Shown: positions 20,585 to 28,312 of the stretch, in pieces
Numbering within the stretch: position 1 is the stretch's first letter
Layout: each line of letters begins with the position of its first letter
NCBI GenBank assembly: GCA_964649675.1
Contig: CAZYPX010000002.1
Coordinates: 1 to 47,133, forward strand
Source: an uncultured Rhodospirillaceae bacterium
GTDB lineage: Bacteria > Pseudomonadota > Alphaproteobacteria > UBA9219
Length of the DNA: 47,133 bases
Direction: 5' to 3'
Made by a program: the position numbers and the translations under genes
The notes under the pieces: generated by a model
The model's input: only the letters and a program-made list of their open reading frames with translations
Told to the model about the DNA's origin: nothing
Database searches by the model: none

Positions 20585-20614
20585 AGGCCGCGGCATGTCC
20601 GCGGCCTCTTTTTA
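20585..20614 (+). terminator. Orphan rho-independent terminator (possibly the end of a small RNA)
   Basis: AGGCCGCGG-catgt-CCGCGGCCT followed by CTTTTT. No annotated plus-strand CDS ends nearby. Confidence 0.55.
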
Positions 20615-20831
20615 AAGGTTTGTCGTTGTAGGAAGGGGCGGGGAGATAGAGGGCCGTTGCGTCATGGCTCTGGGAATGCTACACCCCCTGCTGTCGTTTT
20701 CCTTTTACGAGAAACAACAGGCTAAAGCATCGACCTGCGAAAAAGCCACGGCTTGATGGGCGCATGTGAAGCTTATAGGTTTTTGGAATTTAGAGTTGGT
20801 TGCTAAAATTCCGGATATGGTCCCGAACAGT

Positions 20832-20906
20832 GGGTGCGTAGCTCAGCGGGAGAGCACTACCTTGACATGGTAGGGGTCACAGGTTCAATCCCTGTCGCAC
20901 CCACCA
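20832..20906 (+). tRNA. tRNA-Val (anticodon GAC), CCA encoded
   Basis: Hand-folded cloverleaf. Acceptor GGGTGCG/CGCACCC, D arm GCTC/GAGC, anticodon arm CTACC-TTGACAT-GGTAG, T arm ACAGG-TTCAATC-CCTGT, then ACCA. Confidence 0.9.
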
Positions 20907-20933
20907 GCTATTTCAAAGACTTAGCTGGTTAAT
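20882..20933 (+). repeat. att-like repeat copy 1 (tRNA-Val 3' half plus about 27 nt downstream)
   Basis: GGTTCAATCCCTGTCGCACCCACCAGCTATTTCAAAGACTTAGCTGGTTAAT aligns with 21287-21337. Confidence 0.7.
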
Positions 20934-21039
20934 TCAGAGAGCACTTTCGTGAACATGAGACAGAGCATGAGACAAATGATTGCTTTTGTCTCAAGGGCTT
21001 ACGCGTACTGCCTTTCTGCTGGCAGTTTCCGTCCGAAAA

Positions 21040-21260
21040 AAAGACGAGGTCGCGATTCAATTCATGTTAATGGAATTGATTGGTGGTTTCCTCATGAGAT
21101 TGTGGAAAGCTAGCGAGGCAACCACTATCGCGCAGTTTACACGGTTCGTTTTGCGGATACGGTTTACGTGTTGCATGTCTTCCAGAAGAAGTCGCCGCAC
21201 GGCACCTAAACGGCTCAATTGAATCGAGATGCCCATTAGAGGCTCAAGGCAGTACTCAAA
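21040..21260 (+). pseudogene. Decayed HigB/RelE-type (Gp49-like) toxin gene
   Basis: One frame reads ...HEIVES*RGNHYRAVYTVRFADTVYVLHVFQKKSPHGT*TAQLNRDAH*RLKAVLK, with in-frame stops at 21111, 21207 and 21237. YRAVYTV.FA..VYVLH.FQKKS is the motif I associate with this toxin family. No partner antitoxin remains. Confidence 0.5.
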
Positions 21261-21286
21261 CCTTTCAGCCAACCTCGTCGGGCCGC

Positions 21287-21337
21287 AGTTTCAATCTCTA
21301 TCACACCCACCAGCCATTCAAAGGCTAGCTGTCTAAT
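21287..21337 (+). repeat. att-like repeat copy 2 (degenerate tRNA-Val 3' end); probable left junction of the prophage
   Basis: AGTTTCAATCTCTATCACACCCACCAGCCATTCAAAGGCTAGCTGTCTAAT. About 80% identical to copy 1, including sequence beyond the tRNA. Confidence 0.65.
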
Positions 21338-21408
21338 GTTGAGAAATCGTGAGTATGGGACAGACCACGAGTCGTATGATTGTTAACGAGAAGATTTAGG
21401 CTGAAATT

Positions 21409-21933
21409 CTATAATAGTCCCAGAATGTTCAGCCGAATGGCCATTGCCTGTTCGCTTACACCAAATTCCCTTGCTAAGGCGGAAATGTGTACATCGTATA
21501 TATGTCCGGTTTTAAATTTAGCAACACGCTCTCGAACCAATTTAGAAGGCATAAGCAGGCAAGCTGCAAACTGATTTGCCTCTATCTCTTTAAGATCTGT
21601 TCCTGTTGCAGATCGTTTGTTTCTGTGACTTATGAGATGCCCACGATCAACATGCACATGTTCGCCCGGTTCAAACTGATGCCGAAGATAATAATGGGCG
21701 ATTTCGTGTGCAATTGAGAATCTTTGTCGGCTTTCTCCATCCTGTTTTCGTACAACAATGCAAGACATGTCTGGCTTGCTTATTAACATGCCTGAGACTT
21801 CTTCGTGCAAATCCATTAAATGCACCTGTAACCCAAGCCGTTTTGCTACCTCTTTAACGTCAACAGGAGGCTTTCTGATCCCCAGTGAATCAACCAATAG
21901 ACTTGCTTGAGTTCGTGCAGTCTGAATGCTCAT
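21409..21933 (-). CDS. ImmA/IrrE family zinc metallopeptidase (COG2856-like)
   Basis: 174 aa. HEIAHYYLRH (HExxH) plus downstream EIEANQFAACLLMP, the characteristic third-ligand region. Confidence 0.85.
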   Translation of the reverse strand: MSIQTARTQASLLVDSLGIRKPPVDVKEVAKRLGLQVHLMDLHEEVSGMLISKPDMSCIVVRKQDGESRQRFSIAHEIAHYYLRHQFEPGEHVHVDRGHLISHRNKRSATGTDLKEIEANQFAACLLMPSKLVRERVAKFKTGHIYDVHISALAREFGVSEQAMAIRLNILGLL

Positions 21934-21935
21934 GG

Positions 21936-22298
21936 TTATTTCTCTACGTTAATAATTTTTGTCTTTGTTGCAATTTTTTTAGCTTCCGTCCTAGAAATTC
22001 CAAGCTTGGATGCAATTTCATCTGTGATATCGGACAAATTTTGTGAACCTAAAATTGCTTTTTTCGGAAGCAAATCGACGATCTCAATTTTCAACGCGTC
22101 GATAATCTGGAATAAAGTATGGGCGTAAATCCTCTGTGTCCCTGATTCAATATTAGCTATAGAAACTCGCGACATCGGAGGATTTAGCGAACGGCCAAGT
22201 ACTTCTTGCGTTATCCCGCGCTCAGCACGCCAGCTTCGGATCTTCTGTCCGACTTCCGCATAAAATGGCTCCACCCTAGTTTTGATGATTGTAGTCAT
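21936..22298 (-). CDS. XRE-family helix-turn-helix regulator (partner of ImmA/IrrE)
   Basis: 120 aa. HTH IRSWRAERGITQEVLGRSL...SRVSIANIESG. Stop is 2 nt from the ImmA start. Confidence 0.85.
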   Translation of the reverse strand: MTTIIKTRVEPFYAEVGQKIRSWRAERGITQEVLGRSLNPPMSRVSIANIESGTQRIYAHTLFQIIDALKIEIVDLLPKKAILGSQNLSDITDEIASKLGISRTEAKKIATKTKIINVEK

Positions 22299-22378
22299 AC
22301 CCGTAGTCTAGATCGAGCTGGAATCCATTGTAAAGCTTTGGTTACGTAAGTGTCGCTTACGCTCTTTTTGTTGTCGTA

Positions 22379-22397
22379 ATTGATGCTTGACATCAAT
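22379..22397. promoter_or_regulatory. Palindromic operator overlapping a TTGACA -35-like hexamer in the divergent XRE / Cys-His gene intergenic region
   Basis: ATTGATG-cttga-CATCAAT, with TTGACA at 22387-22392 and GTATTA about 17 nt downstream. Confidence 0.4.
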
Positions 22398-22464
22398 ATA
22401 GAGGGGGTTGTATTAGCTCATTAATTCCGCCTCCGGAATTTCACAGGTCACGAAAGGAACAAGC

Positions 22465-22797
22465 ATGAAAGTAAAGAACATTAACGGCACAGCTAACAAC
22501 TCCTGCTCATGTGGGTCGTGGTTAGATCATTGGAAGAGATATAGCGGACAACCGATCCCAGCTTATTGCGCCGAAAAATCATGTATACAGAGACCCGACG
22601 TCGGGGCACACGTCCAAAAAGACAATTTTCTTGATAGCTCGTGGTATATCGTCCCGTTATGCAACGCCCATAACAGGAAATCTGCAGCTTTAGAAATCGT
22701 CGACAGTGTTAAACTAGTTCCCGCTAATGTTTCAATGACATGCGGAAGCGGGCTGTCAGCATTGGGGGCTGCGTTGATCCGTAACGCATATAGATGA
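22465..22797 (+). CDS. Small Cys/His-rich protein, putative minimal HNH (beta-beta-alpha-Me) nuclease
   Basis: 110 aa. CSCGSWLDHW ... CAEKSC-x6-GAHV-x15-YIVPLCNAHN. The spacing fits a CCCH zinc knuckle around an H...N...H/N active site. No profile search was done. Confidence 0.45.
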   Translation: MKVKNINGTANNSCSCGSWLDHWKRYSGQPIPAYCAEKSCIQRPDVGAHVQKDNFLDSSWYIVPLCNAHNRKSAALEIVDSVKLVPANVSMTCGSGLSALGAALIRNAYR

Positions 22798-22818
22798 ACG
22801 GAGTAATTTGGCATTCCA

Positions 22819-23979
22819 TTAATTGCTGAGAGGCGTTGCGCGCCCCAACGCCTCCACCGCCCCGCGCAAGTAGTCCGGCCGGAAATGCGCGTATAGCTCG
22901 GTCGTTTTCTGCACAGAATGACCCAGAACCTTGGCTATGAGGAAAAGGTCGACTCCTGCCAAGGCCATGATAGTTCCCGCCGTGTGGCGCAACGTGTGCG
23001 GCGTAACGCACGATATTTCGGCTCGTTGGCATGCATTTCGAAAGCCAGTCTTGATGTCCGTCACTGGAGCGCCACGGAAGGTAATCACATGGTTGCACGG
23101 TGGATAGGGCGGCTTTTTCTTTTTTGCTCGTTCTTCGGCCCTATGCTTTAACGCAAATTGCTCCTCGATAAGTGCGTCATAAAGCCTGTCATTTATAGGC
23201 ACAACAGCGCGACGCTTGTTAGTTTGTGCCCGTCCTTCGGGATTGAGGAAAATAATTCGGTTGGCAAAGTCGATCTGTTGCCAGCGTAAATCCAGAAGCG
23301 CTCCCTTTCTTGCACCTGTGTTTAGGGCTAGTAGCACGAACAGCTTCAAGTGAGGTTCATTGCATTCCTTGAGAAGCCGCTCAATTTCATCACGCTCAAG
23401 ATAACGAGTTTTGTTCGGCGCAGAAGGCGGCAAGACAATTTTCGGGGCTGACGTCAAACGCCCGTTGTATACCGCGTGATTAAGTGCTGCCGAAAGTACT
23501 GATAGTTCGCGACGGACTGTCCCTACTGAAATTGGCTTGTCGTTAGCAACTTTTTTGACTGTGCCATCGGATAATTTGAATTCGCGTGTTTTTCTTTTGC
23601 GCTCACGTGCATAACGCTTCAAAACCTGCGGCGTAATCGTGGATACGGTGGTGCGAGGGCCGAAGAAGTCGATGAGATATTCAATGGCAATGCCGACAAA
23701 CTCGCCGCTGGCAATTTCGAGGCCTTTTTCCTGTGCGTACCAGCGCAATGCAGACGCGATAAAGTAGCGATCAGGCGTATCTATCGGTCCAGGAGAAGAA
23801 CGTTGCTTATGCGCTCCCTCTCTTATGAAAGTGCCGATGATTTCTTCAGCTTCGTCGCGATCATAAGTGCCGCTGCTGCGTCGTTTGACGCGTCGCGTGA
23901 TCTCGTCACGCCAGTAGATATACCAGACTTTCTGATTGGGTTCTTTTCCGAGCCACGGCAAGTTTTGCTTTCGCAGCAT
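22819..23979 (-). CDS. int: Tyrosine site-specific integrase
   Basis: 386 aa. Catalytic elements ALNTGARKGALLDLRW (Arg), HTLRHTAGT (HxxR), LGHSVQKTTELYAH (His/Tyr). Oriented toward the tRNA. Confidence 0.92.
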   Translation of the reverse strand: MLRKQNLPWLGKEPNQKVWYIYWRDEITRRVKRRSSGTYDRDEAEEIIGTFIREGAHKQRSSPGPIDTPDRYFIASALRWYAQEKGLEIASGEFVGIAIEYLIDFFGPRTTVSTITPQVLKRYARERKRKTREFKLSDGTVKKVANDKPISVGTVRRELSVLSAALNHAVYNGRLTSAPKIVLPPSAPNKTRYLERDEIERLLKECNEPHLKLFVLLALNTGARKGALLDLRWQQIDFANRIIFLNPEGRAQTNKRRAVVPINDRLYDALIEEQFALKHRAEERAKKKKPPYPPCNHVITFRGAPVTDIKTGFRNACQRAEISCVTPHTLRHTAGTIMALAGVDLFLIAKVLGHSVQKTTELYAHFRPDYLRGAVEALGRATPLSN

Positions 23980-24155
23980 GGATTCAATGATCTCCTTAAA
24001 TAATCTTCAACGTCTTCAATACGGAAACGTAATTTGCTTCCTACTTTGACGAAGGCAAGTTTTCTCTGGTTGCGAAGCCGGATGACAGCTCGTGGCTCGA
24101 CCTGGAGCCGTTCGGCAACTTGTTCGACGGTCAACACAAGCGGGGTTTGATCCAT
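23823..24155 (-). CDS. Excisionase/AlpA-like helix-turn-helix protein
   Basis: N-terminus LTVEQVAERLQVEPRAVIRLRNQRKLAFVKVGSKLRFRIEDVEDYL matches the excisionase-type wHTH pattern. The ORF then runs on about 157 nt into the integrase coding region, so its true 3' end is uncertain. Confidence 0.6.
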   Translation of the reverse strand: MDQTPLVLTVEQVAERLQVEPRAVIRLRNQRKLAFVKVGSKLRFRIEDVEDYLRRSLNPCCESKTCRGSEKNPIRKSGISTGVTRSRDASNDAAAALMIATKLKKSSALS

Positions 24156-24253
24156 CCATCATCTCCCCGACCAGTTTGTACGCCACCAGCGCCACTGCTG
24201 ACGCAGGGCGCGGATGAAGCGACGCCAGATTTCGGGAAACAAGCTCATGCCGG

Positions 24254-24508
24254 TCAGGCTGCTGATTGTTTGTTGGAGCCGGAACGTTCGGATGAATGCG
24301 GAACAAGCATCGCAAGGATCGCAAAAATTTCGAGATCGATGCTTTTGCTGGCCGAGACCGCTTTATCAACGGCCTTGTCATAGGACTCGACGGCAAGGTT
24401 GGCGACTTCAAGGGCTTCATCATTGCGACCTTCGCGCACAAGCGCGAGGGTTTGCCGGACGCAATGGTGGGCCATGTCTAAATGCAGCTGGGAAACAACG
24501 GGGATCAT
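24254..24508 (-). CDS. Hypothetical small phage protein
   Basis: ORF 24254..24553. I prefer the start at MIPVVSQ. No motifs recognised. Confidence 0.3.
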   Translation of the reverse strand: MIPVVSQLHLDMAHHCVRQTLALVREGRNDEALEVANLAVESYDKAVDKAVSASKSIDLEIFAILAMLVPHSSERSGSNKQSAA

Positions 24509-24608
24509 ACAATTCTCCTTGAGATTATGGAGCGGCAAATGGCCGCTTTTCATCCCAAGAACCTATCCAAATAGGCGCGTATCTGTCAAACATCCAAATT
24601 GGATTGGT

Positions 24609-25262
24609 TTACGCACTTAAGGCATCGTCGTCCGTTGCAACGTCATCAGATGTTTCTGTATCTGATGCGGGGATAAAAGCCCAAAGCAGTTCAAAGGTCT
24701 GTTTCAAGCCTTTTGCCAGCATGGGGGAACGCACCAGAAGTATGCGGTTATGGTTGATCATCTGCGCGACTGTCGAGCCATAGACGGCTTGTAGAGGAAG
24801 TGGCGTGAAATTCGCGGGGACAATACGCGTGAATGCGGCCTCGTTCTTTTTTTGGCAGATGGATCGATAGGAAAAACCGGCTTCCTGCAGGCCATTGCTG
24901 TGCCGAATTAGCTCCGGAGAAAAGAGGCATGGCGTATCGCCACACAGGAATAAAGCTTCCGCCCCTTCTTGGCCGCGTAAATGCGCATGGATGTCCTCGA
25001 ACATCTGGGCTATAGCCGTTTCACCTTCCAGCACCACTTGATCCGCTTCCCGCAGCACAACGCCGCGCGCGCCGACAAATTCGACTTTCTCTCCAAGGAA
25101 AGAAAGCAAAGCGTTTTCCGTTTTTTGCTGAAGATTTGCCGTGGCTCCCAGTTCGAACTGACGAATGGATGTGACGGCAACCCCGGACTCTTTCGCGAGT
25201 TCGTCTTGCGAGATGTTCAAAAGCGCACGGGCGGCTCGGAGTTGATCGGCAGTGAATGTCAT
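24609..25262 (-). CDS. XRE-type HTH regulator with an uncharacterised ~150-aa C-terminal domain
   Basis: 217 aa. N-terminus LRAARALLNISQDELAKESGVAVTSIRQFELG. The C-terminal domain has no S24 peptidase motif. Confidence 0.7.
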   Translation of the reverse strand: MTFTADQLRAARALLNISQDELAKESGVAVTSIRQFELGATANLQQKTENALLSFLGEKVEFVGARGVVLREADQVVLEGETAIAQMFEDIHAHLRGQEGAEALFLCGDTPCLFSPELIRHSNGLQEAGFSYRSICQKKNEAAFTRIVPANFTPLPLQAVYGSTVAQMINHNRILLVRSPMLAKGLKQTFELLWAFIPASDTETSDDVATDDDALSA

Positions 25263-25411
25263 CGTATGGTTACCGTATTGTTAATACATAAAGTTTGACT
25301 ATTTGATACTAAAAGTCAAGATTTTAATTGATTTTCTCGCTTTTAACGTGCATTATCGTTCCTATATTCAACCGAATTTTGGTAGCCCATTTTCTTCTAC
25401 GAATGATTTTT

Positions 25412-25708
25412 ATGTGCGATTACAAAGAAATAATCCCCATCGTATGGGAGGAAATGGCCGAAGAAGAGGATCTCTTTTCCTCCAAACCACAACCCTTTGC
25501 CATACGTCTGTACACCACAATTGATAACCATCAGGTTAAGGTCCTGGAGGGCGTCATTATTAGCCGCGCCAAAGAACTCCATTGCAGTCCTGCTACCCTG
25601 TGCGCTGCTTTCATCACGGCCTATCAAATAGAGGACTTGAAGGAACTACCGGGAGATTACTTTGATGAAGCGATAGGGTTCTTGATGGATTTTAACGGCA
25701 TAAATTGA
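25412..25708 (+). CDS. Hypothetical phage protein
   Basis: 98 aa from the ATG at 25412 (MCDYKEII...). The longer track ORF begins in an AT-rich promoter-like region. Confidence 0.35.
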   Translation: MCDYKEIIPIVWEEMAEEEDLFSSKPQPFAIRLYTTIDNHQVKVLEGVIISRAKELHCSPATLCAAFITAYQIEDLKELPGDYFDEAIGFLMDFNGIN

Positions 25709-25713
25709 GAGAT

Positions 25714-26103
25714 TTAGTCAATGGCGCAAGTGAGCATATCGTCCACTTTTTCCCTGATTTCGGCTAGTTTGGGGGCTTCTTTCATCTTTCGACATTTTTT
25801 GTAGGTTCTGGTTACGACCTTGGCGAGCTTATTGACATCTACGTTTTCGCCCTCACATCGCTTAAACGTGTAAGCCATGATCTCCCGCATGAGAGCCTCA
25901 TCGATTTCGGCTTCGACGACATCATCGACCAAAGTAGAGACCCTGACCTTGTAAAATTGTGCCAATTTTTCCAGCCAAGAGAGGCTTACGTTGCGCGTTC
26001 CTTTCTCAAAGCGCTGGATCGTCTGAGCCGTGACATCGTGCGCCGTTGCGACTTGCTCCTGCGTATAACCCGCCAGTTCTCTAACGATTTTCAATCTGTT
26101 CAT
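25714..26103 (-). CDS. CI-like XRE-family repressor
   Basis: MNRLKIVRELAGYTQEQVATAHDVTAQTIQRFEKG. Alternative upstream start at 26127. Divergent from a Cro-like gene. Confidence 0.75.
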   Translation of the reverse strand: MNRLKIVRELAGYTQEQVATAHDVTAQTIQRFEKGTRNVSLSWLEKLAQFYKVRVSTLVDDVVEAEIDEALMREIMAYTFKRCEGENVDVNKLAKVVTRTYKKCRKMKEAPKLAEIREKVDDMLTCAID

Positions 26104-26131
26104 GCCTGATACCCAATGAATACCCAATCCA

Positions 26132-26197
26132 ATTCGGATGAGGCATCCTATCCGCTCTGGATGGTTAACGCAAATAGTTTCACGCCATCATCCGAAT
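26132..26197. promoter_or_regulatory. Immunity-switch intergenic region with inverted repeats (candidate operators)
   Basis: ATTCGGATGA (26132-26141) and TCATCCGAAT (26188-26197) are inverted copies. There is an internal palindrome GGATG-agg-CATCC. Confidence 0.45.
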
Positions 26198-26249
26198 AGG
26201 CCACATTAATCTTGTTTTATAAGGCCATTTGGGATAGGTACTATGAGCT

Positions 26250-26462
26250 ATGAAACTAGCCGATTACCTCACTGAGAAAAATTTGTCCTACGCCGAGTTC
26301 GCGCGGATGCTTGGTATGAACAGCACAAGCGCAGCTCTCAACGTCTCCAGATACGCCAGAGGATTGCGCCGTCCACGCCCAACTATTGCCGACAAAATTG
26401 TCGCTCTCACCAAAAGTCGCGTGAAGCACAAGGATCTCTACAGCGTGGAGATTCCCGAATGA
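26250..26462 (+). CDS. Cro-like small HTH regulator
   Basis: 70 aa. LSYAEFARMLGMNSTSAALNVSRYARG. Divergent from the repressor gene. Confidence 0.6.
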   Translation: MKLADYLTEKNLSYAEFARMLGMNSTSAALNVSRYARGLRRPRPTIADKIVALTKSRVKHKDLYSVEIPE

Positions 26463-26947
26463 CTCTCTTCGTCGGCATCGATCCGGGCCTTTCAGGCGCA
26501 GTCTCCTTTCGATCAAACGAAGAGATGACAGTGCTGGACATGCCAATCCTCGTAATCAAGAAGGCCAAGGGGGCGCGCCGCGTTCTCGACCTGACGGCTC
26601 TTGCTTACCTTATAGACGATAAAACGAAAAACAAACCGCGCGTTCATTTTTTTATCGAACGCGTTGCCTCCATGCCAAAGCAAGGAGTCGCCAGCATGTT
26701 TTCGTTTGGCGAAACGTATGGCGCGATTAAAGGGATCGTGGCTGCAAACTTTTTTCCGATGACGCTCGTCACGCCCGTGACGTGGAAGCGCAAACTCAAA
26801 GTTTCAGGCAACAAAGATGATGCGCGTTATCGGGCAAGCCAACTCATGCCGCACCATGCGCATTTTTGGTCATCCCGGCGCGACGACGGCAGGGCTGAGG
26901 CTGCGCTTATTGCCTATTACGGACAGAATTTCGGAGGAATCGCGTGA
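26459..26947 (+). CDS. RuvC-like Holliday junction resolvase (phage type)
   Basis: 162 aa. N-terminus FVGIDPGLSGA (catalytic Asp). C-terminus DDGRAEAALIAYYG (acidic pair). Confidence 0.7.
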   Translation: MTLFVGIDPGLSGAVSFRSNEEMTVLDMPILVIKKAKGARRVLDLTALAYLIDDKTKNKPRVHFFIERVASMPKQGVASMFSFGETYGAIKGIVAANFFPMTLVTPVTWKRKLKVSGNKDDARYRASQLMPHHAHFWSSRRDDGRAEAALIAYYGQNFGGIA

Positions 26948-27417
26948 TCCGTCGCAATCTCCATCCCGCAGCGCTTGATGAAATGGACATCGCGAACATC
27001 GCCGGTCTGGCCGCACCGGAACTGGCAGACTTGATCGACCTGCTCGACAAGGACGCAACGCTCCTGAAACTCCGCAAAGACAAACTCGCCTGTGCTCTTG
27101 ATCGCAAATATGGCGACATTGCCAAGCAGCAGCGGCTTGAAGCTGGCAAGGACACTGGCGTCGTTCATCTTGAAGACATGGGCTTCGATGTCGCCGCCGA
27201 AGTCGGCAAGACCGTCAAATGGGATCAAAGCAAACTAATCGCCGCGCTGGATTCTCTTCCGACTGAAACCGCCAAGCATTACGCCAAAGCCGAGTTCAAG
27301 GTTGACGAGCGCAAATACGCCGCTGCGCCTCCCGACATCCAGAAACTTCTCTCCCCCGCCCGCACGGTTGTGCCGGGCCGGGCGACCTATGTTCTTAAAC
27401 CCAAAACAAAGGAGTGA
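26944..27417 (+). CDS. Hypothetical phage protein (recombination-module associated)
   Basis: 157 aa, overlapping-stop coupling on both sides. No motif recognised. Confidence 0.5.
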   Translation: MIRRNLHPAALDEMDIANIAGLAAPELADLIDLLDKDATLLKLRKDKLACALDRKYGDIAKQQRLEAGKDTGVVHLEDMGFDVAAEVGKTVKWDQSKLIAALDSLPTETAKHYAKAEFKVDERKYAAAPPDIQKLLSPARTVVPGRATYVLKPKTKE

Positions 27418-27418
27418 T

Positions 27419-28309
27419 ATGGCAGGATTCCAGATCATTACTGCCGATCAAAGGCTTGCCGAAAAGCGCGGCATCAAGGGCTGCATTTTCGGGCGGTGGA
27501 AGATTGGCAAAACCAGCTTGCTGTGGACGCTTGATGCGGCCAGCACGCTCTTCATCGATCTTGAAGCGGGCGATCTCGCTGTTGAAGGCTGGCCGGGCGA
27601 TACCATTCGTCCGCGTACTTGGCAGGAATGCCGCGACTTTGCGGCCTATATCGGCGGCCCCAATCCAGCTTTGCGTGACAACCAGCCCTACAGCCAAGCG
27701 CATTACGATCATGTGTGCAGTCAGTTCGGCGATGCCTCGGCCCTCGACAAGTATGACACGATCTTCGTCGACAGCATCACAGTCGCCGCTCGTCTGTGCT
27801 TTCAGTGGTGCACGGGACAACCGGAGGCTGTCAGCGAAAAAACGGGCAAGCCGGATACGCGCGGCGCTTATGGATTGTTGGGCCGCGAGATGATCGGCTG
27901 GCTTACGCATCTCCAGCACACGCGCGGCAAGAACGTGTGGCTCGTCGGCATTCTCGATGAAAAGACCGATGACTTTAACCGCCGCATTTATTCCCCGCAG
28001 ATCGATGGCAGCAAGACCGGGCTTGAGTTGCCGGGCATTGTCGATCAGGTGGTGACGATGGCGGAAATCAAAGTGGATGATGGCAGCGCATACCGCGCCT
28101 TCGTTTGCCAAGCGCTCAATCCGTGGGGTTATCCGGCGGGCGACCGCAGTGGACGACTTTCCATGATCGAGGAGCCTCATCTGGGTCGGCTCATGGAGAA
28201 GATCCGGCAACCCCTTAACAAGACGGCATCGGAACGGCTGGAGTTTTGCAGGCCACAGCCGACCGATGCCGATACCCCCACACCAGCCGCAAAACCGATA
28301 CAGGAGTGA
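27419..28309 (+). CDS. RecA-fold P-loop ATPase (Sak4-like recombination ATPase)
   Basis: Start chosen at the ATG at 27419, after AAGGAG (the track ORF starts at 27302). Walker A-like CIFGRWKIGKTSL and Walker B-like TIFVDSIT. Confidence 0.7.
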   Translation: MAGFQIITADQRLAEKRGIKGCIFGRWKIGKTSLLWTLDAASTLFIDLEAGDLAVEGWPGDTIRPRTWQECRDFAAYIGGPNPALRDNQPYSQAHYDHVCSQFGDASALDKYDTIFVDSITVAARLCFQWCTGQPEAVSEKTGKPDTRGAYGLLGREMIGWLTHLQHTRGKNVWLVGILDEKTDDFNRRIYSPQIDGSKTGLELPGIVDQVVTMAEIKVDDGSAYRAFVCQALNPWGYPAGDRSGRLSMIEEPHLGRLMEKIRQPLNKTASERLEFCRPQPTDADTPTPAAKPIQE

Positions 28310-28312
28310 AAA

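Noticed and set aside
24016-24441. 141-aa minus-strand ORF between the excisionase and the next phage gene
   Set aside because: It overlaps the excisionase-like ORF out of frame. It is Pro/Ser/Arg-rich with no start context.
27302-27418. Upstream extension of the ATPase ORF (track start 27302)
   Set aside because: It overlaps the preceding gene in another frame. The ATG at 27419 has an AAGGAG RBS, and the P-loop domain begins immediately after it.
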